A DNA stretch of 20,000 nt. Source: Candidatus Lindowbacteria bacterium RIFCSPLOWO2_12_FULL_62_27 (GTDB lineage Bacteria; Lindowbacteria; 2-12-FULL-62-27). Positions 1-7,775 of this stretch are shown here, piece after piece. A model generated the notes under the pieces. That model was given only the letters and a program-made list of their open reading frames with translations, searched no databases and was not told the DNA's origin. The DNA lies in NCBI GenBank assembly GCA_001784175.1, contig MFPR01000026.1, positions 170,536 through 190,535 of the forward strand, read 5' to 3'. The first letter of the stretch is position 1; the number at the start of each line of letters is the position of its first letter. The position numbers and the translations under genes are program-made.

Positions 1-407
1 GTTGATGGCATCCTCCCTTTTTTCAAAAGAGACTCGACAAATCGTGCCACGTGCTCTTTTGTATCAATGACTGCCACTGGTTCGTTCCTCCCGAAAAACT
101 CGGCGGCCTCGCTCAAGCTATGAATGTTGCTCTGCGCCACCACCGGATGAAGTTTTCCAGCGGCAACCCTTCCGTCCCTCTCCTCCTTGAAAGGCTTCAT
201 CAGTTCCGACCACGTCATCCGACGAAAAGGTTCAGACCCGTGCAATTCAATGGTGCGAAGTCGGACAAGAAAGTCCTGAAGATATCGTTCCGCCTGCCGT
301 CGGTCGGCGCATCCCGTCGAATGATACGACCAGCGACCTCGTAATGGATGTCGATAGTAAATATGGTATGTCCCGCCTTTTCCACGCTTGCAAAGTTTCG
401 CCCTCAT
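1..407 (-). CDS. Tyrosine integrase, N-terminal 135 aa (partial, runs off the left edge)
   Basis: Hand translation from ATG 407 has no stop: MRAKLCKRGKGGTYHIYYRHPLRGRWSYHSTGCADRRQAERYLQDF...EHVARFVESLLKKGRMPS. This resembles an arm-binding domain (STGxxDxxxAE) followed by a core-binding domain. It starts 1 nt after the stop of the xis-like gene. The catalytic domain is not visible. Confidence 0.8.
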   Translation of the reverse strand, partial: MRAKLCKRGKGGTYHIYYRHPLRGRWSYHSTGCADRRQAERYLQDFLVRLRTIELHGSEPFRRMTWSELMKPFKEERDGRVAAGKLHPVVAQSNIHSLSEAAEFFGRNEPVAVIDTKEHVARFVESLLKKGRMPS

Positions 408-408
408 C

Positions 409-894
409 TCACGCCGCCTCTCTGAGCGTCGGTCGAAGGGTTCGGCGGCCCTTTGTCATCAAGCCATCAATCCAACTGTTGATATCGGTCAGCCGAAAGC
501 GGACAAAATTGCCGATGTGGAAATTCGGGATATAGTTCTTGGATACCCATCCCTGAATAGTTCGGGGAGATACATTAAAGAATTTGGCAACTGTTTCCGT
601 GTCCATGATGTCGGTGTCCACGTCGACCGAGTACCGCATTTGCTCGGCAGAAGCAAATCGACCAACTGGATGTCTCTGATACCAACCGTTATCCGAAAGC
701 GTTCGCACAACGCCTTTGAATTGAACGTCGTCGAGCGTATCACCCTGCACGCCCAGACGCCGCCACGCATCGTCAACGTCCGCTTCGAATAAAAGAGCCG
801 CCCTCGAATCCAATTTCTTGAACTCAAAAAACTCTTCGACATCGCGGCGGCTGTGTTCTACCGAATTCTTTTCTTTCTCTTTTTTCTGAGACAT
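409..894 (-). CDS. Excisionase-like HTH_17 DNA-binding protein with N-terminal extension
   Basis: C-terminal IMDTETVAKFFNVSPRTIQGWVSKNYIPNFHIGNFVRFRLTDINSWI is a typical MerR/Xis-type HTH. ATG 894 follows a purine-rich RBS (GGAAGGTGGGAG). Directly upstream of the integrase. Confidence 0.85.
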   Translation of the reverse strand: MSQKKEKEKNSVEHSRRDVEEFFEFKKLDSRAALLFEADVDDAWRRLGVQGDTLDDVQFKGVVRTLSDNGWYQRHPVGRFASAEQMRYSVDVDTDIMDTETVAKFFNVSPRTIQGWVSKNYIPNFHIGNFVRFRLTDINSWIDGLMTKGRRTLRPTLREAA

Positions 895-1045
895 GCTCCC
901 ACCTTCCACCCCACGTATGTGGGTGTCGGTTGGAGATCGTCACTGCGAATAAAATTTATCGGCTCGCCCCGGCGTAACCGGGTTTCAAGCGCAGACCTCT
1001 TCGTTCCCGGCCACGCCGGGATTAAAATCTATTCCCTATTTCCCC

Positions 1046-1522
1046 CTACCCCACTCCCCTCGCCCGACCAAACGGCGTGAGCCATACCTCTCCGCTCTCC
1101 ACGCACGTCGGTTTTGGCGTGGACGGCTGGATACTCTGGCATACCGTCTGCTCGCTTTCTTTCTGCGTTGTCGATGGCGGTATTTCCTTCCCCCACCGTT
1201 TTAGTGCTTTCATGCGATTCTGCTCTCGCCGTGCGTCTAGCTTCGCCTCCGCCTCCCGACACCGTTCGCCGAGATACCACTCCATTCCAGAGACGAGGAT
1301 TCGCACCTGACCGCCTTGATGGTGGACGGGCAACGACTTCTCTCTATGCCATTTCTTCAAGCACGAAATACTCAGGCGGCAATACGTGGCGATTGCAATC
1401 CATCCGACCAACTCAGGCGGGCGGACATACCGCGTCTTGGGCACTGGCGGTTCTGGCCGCCTGAGTTTTCGGATGTCTCGTTTAATCTCCCGTAGTTCTT
1501 CGCGGGGCATTTTCTCAGTCAT
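1046..1522 (-). CDS. HTH DNA-binding protein (Xis/MerR-like)
   Basis: LVGWIAIATYCRLSISCLKKWHREKSLPVHH matches the LxGWxxIAxYxxxSxxTxxRWxxxxGLPV HTH pattern. Start uncertain (1534, 1522 or 1510). Confidence 0.65.
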   Translation of the reverse strand: MTEKMPREELREIKRDIRKLRRPEPPVPKTRYVRPPELVGWIAIATYCRLSISCLKKWHREKSLPVHHQGGQVRILVSGMEWYLGERCREAEAKLDARREQNRMKALKRWGKEIPPSTTQKESEQTVCQSIQPSTPKPTCVESGEVWLTPFGRARGVG

Positions 1523-1635
1523 TCTTGCCGCCACAAAATGAAGTCGAGCCTGAAGTCGACTTCCGTTCGGCGTGGGCGGGTGAAGTCGGCTTCGGCTCGG
1601 TCGGCGAGAGATGGAAGCGGGCGGGCATGTTCAAT

Positions 1636-3435
1636 CTACCAGCGACGTTTGTTGGTCTGTGCATTCCGAAGAGCATCCTTCTCGTCGTCGGTCAATTCTC
1701 GAAATTTCGCCTTGTCGCCTTCGAAATACAACTTCGTCTGACCGCCGGGATTGTTTCGAGACAGCACCACACGCACGAGCGTCACAGGCGAGAGAATCTC
1801 CTGCGTGTCTTGATATTCGTTCTGATCGTCGTTGACCGTGATCCGACGGTGGAGAATAACGGCGGTGTCACAGTCTGTCGCCAGACTCGACGAGTCCCTC
1901 ATGTCCTCAGCTTCGATGATTTTGTCGGCGTCGGTCTTTCGAGTCTGGACGATCACCATGATTGGTATGCCCAGTTCCATCGCCAAGAGTTTGAAATCCT
2001 TGCTTACCGCCCCCGTCTCCTGCGTGACATAGCGTGGATCACGGACGAGAAATTGAAGATTGTCGAAAACGACAAATTCTATTCCGTACCGTTTGACTGC
2101 GGCGCGAATTGTATTCATGACACCTTCGCGTGTTACTCCCAGCGTGTTGAATCCAAAATACAGCGGCACATCCACAAGCTCGGCTAAACATTGCGATGCT
2201 CGACGGTGGTCGATTTCGGATTCTGTGATCCCATATTCCATTTGAAGCGTGCGCTTCACCAAAGCCACGGGCGGCATTTCAAGACAGTAGACGAGAACGG
2301 GAACAGGCGGGTCTCTACGAACAAGATTCCACGCAATGTTGATGGTCATGGTTGTCTTGCCGACCTTTGGTTTCGCCGATACCATAATCACATCGCCAGC
2401 TTTCATTTTGCCCATGATGCGATTCACATTTTCCCACGGAGTTTCAAGACCAATGCCGTCACCAACAATTGTGTTCTCCAGAACCTGCTCCATCGCTTGA
2501 GTGTGACTCACAATATTCTGGACTTCGGGTTGCTTGGCAGAGTCCAACAAATCGGACAGTTTGATTCCCTTTTGCAGAGCCTCATTTGCATCGTTGATCC
2601 CGTCTGGGAAATTCACGATGAAGCATCGGGAGATGTCAAGACGGTCGGCGAGTTTCCCGACGGCCTTTCGACCCGGCGCATCGTTGTCATATGCGAGATA
2701 AATCTTTTTCATATCCTTGAGTTGATCGAGCCACTCTGCGGCGAATCCTTCGCACCCTGTCGTCGACGACACAACACTTTTTACTCCGTTCTGCCACCAT
2801 GACATCGCACAAAATTCGCCCTCCGCGATCACCACTGACTCACAATCTTCTTTCAGGGCTACATCGGCATGGAAAAGAATACTCTTGCATCCAGTGATTC
2901 GTCGAAAACGTGCCTCGGCGTCGGTAGCGATAATCCTCCGATATTTCACGTTGACCAATTTCTCGTCCTCAAAGTGTGGGATGGCGATCCACTCGTCGCC
3001 TTTGACATCTACCTCCAAGCCCAGCGCAAAATACGATATTGTTTCGTCGTTCAGCCCACGACTATGAAGATAATCCATCCCTCGGCGAGAACTTGCCAAT
3101 CTCTTCTGCGCCTCAGTGACATCAAACTTCGGCGTTACATACTTTACCCTGCCCGCGACATTCCCTACCGAAGCCACCTGTCCGTTTCTCCGGAATCTCT
3201 GTCCAAGCGTAATGAGGTTTCCCTTTTCGCCGCACACTTTGCAATCCCACTGTCCGTTTAAGCGATTCATATACATTTTCCAGTTGGTATTTCCGCAAAA
3301 CGGACACGTCTGGATCACGAATTGATCGCCTGTCCCACCTTTGTAATTGACCCCGTGCGTCCGAAGAAAATTTTCTGGTGTCTCGTTCACAACATTGTGC
3401 CGCAAATCTCTTGGCGCAGTTACCTCATTGCTCAT
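1636..3435 (-). CDS. Bifunctional primase-helicase (T7 gp4/Twinkle-like)
   Basis: Zn finger CPFC...CKVC; TOPRIM motifs IAEGE and YDNDAPG, plus GINDANE; SF4 helicase Walker A AKPKVGKTT, Walker B VVFDNL, and DMRDSSSLATDCD. Confidence 0.92.
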   Translation of the reverse strand: MSNEVTAPRDLRHNVVNETPENFLRTHGVNYKGGTGDQFVIQTCPFCGNTNWKMYMNRLNGQWDCKVCGEKGNLITLGQRFRRNGQVASVGNVAGRVKYVTPKFDVTEAQKRLASSRRGMDYLHSRGLNDETISYFALGLEVDVKGDEWIAIPHFEDEKLVNVKYRRIIATDAEARFRRITGCKSILFHADVALKEDCESVVIAEGEFCAMSWWQNGVKSVVSSTTGCEGFAAEWLDQLKDMKKIYLAYDNDAPGRKAVGKLADRLDISRCFIVNFPDGINDANEALQKGIKLSDLLDSAKQPEVQNIVSHTQAMEQVLENTIVGDGIGLETPWENVNRIMGKMKAGDVIMVSAKPKVGKTTMTINIAWNLVRRDPPVPVLVYCLEMPPVALVKRTLQMEYGITESEIDHRRASQCLAELVDVPLYFGFNTLGVTREGVMNTIRAAVKRYGIEFVVFDNLQFLVRDPRYVTQETGAVSKDFKLLAMELGIPIMVIVQTRKTDADKIIEAEDMRDSSSLATDCDTAVILHRRITVNDDQNEYQDTQEILSPVTLVRVVLSRNNPGGQTKLYFEGDKAKFRELTDDEKDALRNAQTNKRRW

Positions 3436-3436
3436 A

Positions 3437-4390
3437 CTACCGCCCCCTCGCCGCCTCTTGGCGATCTTTGTGAAGTTTTTTCAGTGCCAGTGCCTCAGCA
3501 TCTGGCATTCTCGGCGGCCTTGAATTGCCGCCCACATATTTCTTTCCGGGGTCCCACCGATTGTTGTCCAGCCCACAGAGATGGTCTGGGTCAGATAAAA
3601 ACCATTCCAATGATGTCTTGGGTTCTTTATTCAGAATGAAATCATTTGTCGCCATTCTAACGAATAGTTCCCGCCATTCGGCAAGTGTGAGTCTCGCTAT
3701 CCGCGCCGTGTCCAGACACTGTTTTCGTTTCGTTCGACCGATTCCAAATCGCGATGCCATCTTGGGCATGATTTCGTTCCATAAATCCTGCAAAATCCCC
3801 AAATCCGTTACGGGTCGCTTACCATCGTCCACGAAGTCGACTTCGCCAACCGGCGGCACACCTTGGGGTAGGTCGATTTTTATCTTTTCTCCAGAAGAGG
3901 GGGGTTCCAAAAAGTCGCCGTCCGACCGACGGTCATTCTCTTCTATACTATTCTCTTCTATTCTATAGGGGGCTGACATCATGCTGACATCATGTATGAC
4001 GCTGTCGTTGCCTTTGTTCTTTTTCCGATATTTTTTACTGGCTTCCCGCCAGTGTTGTCTCGTCGTTTTCCGACTTTCCAAGAAATCGTGATAAAAATCC
4101 CATTCCTCCCTCGGTAACCGAAAACGGTCACCATCTTTCTCCAAGAAGCCGACCTTGCCCATGTCTTCGAATATGCCCTGTAAGTCCATGGCAAATATTT
4201 CTCTCGCAAGAACTTCGAGGGACAATTCAGGCAAATATCCGGCATCGCTATTTTCGTTGAGCCAGTCGTGCAGAATGTGAACGAGCGCAAGTGATTCGAG
4301 CTTACTGATGCTACGAATCGTGGCAAGTTTCACTGTGCGGAGGTCATGGTCGAGTCCGTATCTGGACGGACGCCAGTCATCGCGCTTCAT
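3437..4390 (-). CDS. Phage-type replication initiator (replisome organizer / lambda O-like)
   Basis: ATG 4390 with GGAGG RBS. Basic helix RKTTRQHWREASKKYRKK, linker YRIEENSIEE and C-terminal LWNE...R...F...NDFI...SLEWFL are typical of phage initiators. Stop lies 1 nt before the primase-helicase ATG. Confidence 0.7.
   Translation of the reverse strand: MKRDDWRPSRYGLDHDLRTVKLATIRSISKLESLALVHILHDWLNENSDAGYLPELSLEVLAREIFAMDLQGIFEDMGKVGFLEKDGDRFRLPREEWDFYHDFLESRKTTRQHWREASKKYRKKNKGNDSVIHDVSMMSAPYRIEENSIEENDRRSDGDFLEPPSSGEKIKIDLPQGVPPVGEVDFVDDGKRPVTDLGILQDLWNEIMPKMASRFGIGRTKRKQCLDTARIARLTLAEWRELFVRMATNDFILNKEPKTSLEWFLSDPDHLCGLDNNRWDPGKKYVGGNSRPPRMPDAEALALKKLHKDRQEAARGR
3935..3994. repeat. Candidate replication origin: tandem 11-bp repeats next to an AT-rich pentamer tract
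   Basis: GCTGACATCAT twice (3972-3993) next to TTCTC-TTCTA-TACTA-TTCTC-TTCTA-TTCTA (3936-3965), inside the initiator gene. Confidence 0.55.
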
Positions 4391-4547
4391 ATTGACCTCC
4401 GTTACTTGCAGAGGGGACTCCACGACTCAGGTGGGTTGGTGCACTGAAAAATTCTACGAGATAAGGGGACACGTACCGCCGCATGTAAATCACGCTCCTA
4501 AACCATATTGGTCGACTCCTTCTCCGATTTTTTGCTTCTTATCCCAC

Positions 4548-4687
4548 AAAAAACCCGGCTGTCTTGGGTGCTCACGACAAGGCGTGAGACAGCTCGGGGT
4601 CAAGCATGAATTCTGAATTTGATCTTCGTGAACACCCTGTTTCTTTTGCTACGATCAGAGTGTTACAAATCGAAGCGCGGTTGTCAA
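4548..4687 (-). promoter_or_regulatory. Promoter and attenuator-like structured leader of the replication operon
   Basis: Minus-strand TTGACA (4687-4682) with a weak -10. Hairpin 4600-4553 is followed by a T run. Segment 4637-4626 is complementary to 4577-4566 inside that hairpin. Confidence 0.6.
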
Positions 4688-4800
4688 TACAAATCAAAAA
4701 ATATATTTTTGTAACCCCATGATATAGAATGACTTGACATTTTGAAAACGACTCCCTCGCCCTCGCCGCTCCCGCTCCCGCCTCGACCTCCTCCGCCGAG

Positions 4801-4834
4801 AAAAAAACAAGCGGGTCGTGTGAACCCGCTTGTT
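4801..4834 (-). terminator. Rho-independent terminator closing the cargo operon
   Basis: Perfect 11-bp inverted repeat AACAAGCGGGT (4806-4816) / ACCCGCTTGTT (4824-4834) running into a T tract on the minus strand. Confidence 0.8.
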
Positions 4835-4872
4835 CCCATGCGCTGACAGGCGTTCGTTCCAATATCTTACTA

Positions 4873-4971
4873 TCAAATTTTGTCAGCGAATAAAACCTCC
4901 GCAATCTGTGCCGTTCGCCGCCGCTTTTTTGTTTCGGCGCAGAACGGACATGTCTTCGTGTCGTCGCTCAT
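4873..4971 (-). pseudogene. Relic of a zinc-ribbon protein gene
   Basis: ATGA overlap with the stop of the 927-aa gene. MSDDTKTCPFCAET has the first CxxC; the expected KAAA continuation is in another frame after an A6 run; no complete second CxxC. Confidence 0.45.
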
Positions 4972-7751
4972 CTCACGACCGCCAATTTTTCGACGAGCGT
5001 GTTCCCGCCGCTCTCCAGCTTGTAAATGTAGACACCAGAGCCTACCTTCTGCCCATTCTTGTCCGTCGTGTCCCATGTCAGATTATTTGTTCCCGCCGAT
5101 CCTGACGCACTCAACTCTCGCACCAGCCGACCGCCAACGTCGAAGATTTTGATCGAAACGTCTGCGGCGGCGGGGAGGTTGAATTTAAACGTCACGATGT
5201 CAGTAGCCGGGTTGGGAAACGCAAACGACAGATCTCTTGAGAGTGGCGACGCCAGAAACGGAGCCAAGTATTCCGGAAGTCCGACCGCCAACGTCAATGC
5301 TGTTGCCGATGAGACCAGAGCCGAAGACGCCGTCCGCAAATTCACAGCCCCGCCCGACGTGCCCAGCAGGTACGCCTCATACTGCGTCGGCAGGTTCTGG
5401 ACGTTGTCCCACGTCAGCGTCGTGACTCCCATATCCGAAGCGACCAGCACGTCCCACGTCTTGCCCGCCGTAATCGGTTCGGCATAGGACGCCGCCATCC
5501 ATTCTTGTGTTCCTTGTGGTCGCACGGCGGTGGACACGTAGCCAGCGGCGACCGGCGGTGCTTCCAATGCTGACGCCGCCCGGCGTTCGCCCGGAGTCGA
5601 CTTCACCCCAATATAATTTTGCCAGTCACTTAATCCGGCGGACGTGGCTATAAGTTGAACCGCCCATTCGTTGTCCAGCGGCTGACCATATCCGGCGGAC
5701 AAATATGCCGGAGCCTGATTGAGTATCTCCGTCGCATACGTCTCCGGACTCGTCGGATTTGGCAGGATGAACATCGTGCAGGATTGATTCGCCTTCACCC
5801 AGAATCCCACCATGGGCTTGAGTCCCATCGTGACCAACGACGGCGTCTCACTCGCCGGAGCGTAAATGTAATTTGAGCCAGTATACCAGTAGACCTTATT
5901 CTGAATGGCATTCGATGCGCCCGCCTGCGCCGGTGTCAGCCTTTGGCTTTGCGGAAGCGCAGTATCGTTAACGCCGGACGTGTCGAAGGTAACACCGGAG
6001 TCCCAGCTCACGTAGAAGTATTGTCCCGACGCCACCTGGTTCCACCCGACCCGTAAACGCACTTGCACCGTATCGGATGTGGCGAATCCATCCGAAGGGA
6101 CGAACACACGCCCACCTGTTCCGTCCTTGACCCAGTAAGCACGACCACGGACTGCGTCGCCGCCGGGGACGGCATATTTTGTGCCGTTCAGACTCGAATT
6201 GTCCGCCGCATTGGCGTCCCACTCGTAAACCGTGGCGTTTGGTAAGCCGCCGGTCGTGCTTTTGAGATTCCATCCGGCCGGATTTTTATTTGCTCCAACC
6301 ATGCGCCAGCCCAATCCCAATGTGTTCCCGCCTGCTGGCACGTCCCTACCGTCCGCATATACCGTAAACACGACCGACTTCGCCGGAGTCACGCTATCGT
6401 TTCTGGCTTCGACCCTATAGACTCCCGCCGCCGTGCCCAGTGTGAGCGTGTCCGTCGCATAGCCGGAGGCGTCCGTGTAGACCGTAGGAGACGAAAGACT
6501 CCCGGAGCCGTGCGTGACGGTGAACGTGACCCTTGCTCCCATCACACCGTTGCTCCCTCCGGTGTCGACCACACGGACGGTCAACGGCAATGCCGCCGAC
6601 GGTGCGCCCAAGGCGTGATTACCGCTCACAATCACAATCGTGTCAGGCGGTGACGGAAGAACGATGGGATTGATTCGGAACACATCGTCTGACGTGTCCG
6701 CCGTCGCCGCGTCCGTCGCGCTCACGATCCGAACTTTTGCTTGCGTCGTGTTCAGGTTCGGCACAGACCACACATACGATCCGGTATTCGTGGTGGACGC
6801 AACAATGCTCGACCAAGTCATGCCAGAATCGCTTGAATATTCCAGCCGCACCGTTGATATCGTCCCTGTATTTGACCACGTCACCGTCTCCGTCGTGCCC
6901 GCCTGAAACGAATCGCCGCTATTTGGTCGTGTGAGCGTGAACCCGCCACGAATGGCAAAATTCGCATCAGACGTGTCGAACCCTACACCATCCGACACAC
7001 GGGCACGAATGCCGGTAGCTATTGAATCCGGCACTGTCCACGCATAGCTCCCAGAGTTCGCCGTCGACGCTGTGATGACGTTCGGGAATGTGAATCCGCT
7101 ATCGGTTGAATAGTCCAGACGGACGGAGGATATTGTTCCCGTCGATGTCCAAGTAACCGTCCGAGCATCACCGACCGTCCATATCTCCCCACCGTTCGGG
7201 GATGTGAGGCTGAATCCTCCGGCAATCCTGAAATTTGCATCCGACACATCAAGCACGTTGGCGTTCGCCGAATCCGATACACGGACACGAACGTATTGGC
7301 TGATTGAATCAGGGATGTTCCACGCAAAATTTCCGCTATTGGCGGTGTAGGAAATCAGATTCGGGAACGTCGAACCGCTATCCGTGCTGAATTCTATTTT
7401 CACGTTCCCGATACCGGACACCGTCGTCCACAATATATTTTTCGCCGTGCCAACGGCGAGAGTCTCCCCGCCGTTCGGTGATGCTATGGCAATCGTATCG
7501 TCGCCGAACCGTAGGTTATAGATGAAACCATTTTTGGAGACGAACGATGTGCTGGTCATCGTGTCTATTGCCGGTTGCCCAGCGGAGCCTAACAACCGAA
7601 AACTTAGTGATGAAATGCTGTCGCCGCCGTTATCATTGACGGAGACACGAATCTTGAAATTTGATGAGGTCATCGACGAATATGACGAACTCGCCTGCAC
7701 CAACAGAATGCAGATGATTAATGCCCTCTTGCATAAGTCCTGGAAGAACAA
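4968..7751 (-). CDS. Secreted Ig-repeat surface protein with FlgD-Ig/T9SS-like C-terminal domain
   Basis: Signal-like N-terminus; three ~92-aa (S/R)PN(G/S)G(E/D) Ig repeats; Big_1-like domain (VTFTVTHGSGSL...TDASGYA); C-terminus AFPNP...IKIFDVGGRLVR...WDTTDKNGQKVGSGVYIYKL. Start codon uncertain (TTG 7751 or ATA 7763). Confidence 0.88.
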   Translation of the reverse strand: MFFQDLCKRALIICILLVQASSSYSSMTSSNFKIRVSVNDNGGDSISSLSFRLLGSAGQPAIDTMTSTSFVSKNGFIYNLRFGDDTIAIASPNGGETLAVGTAKNILWTTVSGIGNVKIEFSTDSGSTFPNLISYTANSGNFAWNIPDSISQYVRVRVSDSANANVLDVSDANFRIAGGFSLTSPNGGEIWTVGDARTVTWTSTGTISSVRLDYSTDSGFTFPNVITASTANSGSYAWTVPDSIATGIRARVSDGVGFDTSDANFAIRGGFTLTRPNSGDSFQAGTTETVTWSNTGTISTVRLEYSSDSGMTWSSIVASTTNTGSYVWSVPNLNTTQAKVRIVSATDAATADTSDDVFRINPIVLPSPPDTIVIVSGNHALGAPSAALPLTVRVVDTGGSNGVMGARVTFTVTHGSGSLSSPTVYTDASGYATDTLTLGTAAGVYRVEARNDSVTPAKSVVFTVYADGRDVPAGGNTLGLGWRMVGANKNPAGWNLKSTTGGLPNATVYEWDANAADNSSLNGTKYAVPGGDAVRGRAYWVKDGTGGRVFVPSDGFATSDTVQVRLRVGWNQVASGQYFYVSWDSGVTFDTSGVNDTALPQSQRLTPAQAGASNAIQNKVYWYTGSNYIYAPASETPSLVTMGLKPMVGFWVKANQSCTMFILPNPTSPETYATEILNQAPAYLSAGYGQPLDNEWAVQLIATSAGLSDWQNYIGVKSTPGERRAASALEAPPVAAGYVSTAVRPQGTQEWMAASYAEPITAGKTWDVLVASDMGVTTLTWDNVQNLPTQYEAYLLGTSGGAVNLRTASSALVSSATALTLAVGLPEYLAPFLASPLSRDLSFAFPNPATDIVTFKFNLPAAADVSIKIFDVGGRLVRELSASGSAGTNNLTWDTTDKNGQKVGSGVYIYKLESGGNTLVEKLAVVR

Positions 7752-7775
7752 TTTAGTGTGTATGGACAGCCTCTA

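Noticed and set aside
1525-3968. Plus-strand ORFs of 100-220 aa
   Set aside because: Antisense shadows of the primase-helicase and initiator genes.
6660-7490. CRISPR-like or non-coding repeat array
   Set aside because: The recurring sequences are degenerate coding repeats of three Ig domains. No CRISPR array or cas gene seen in the window.
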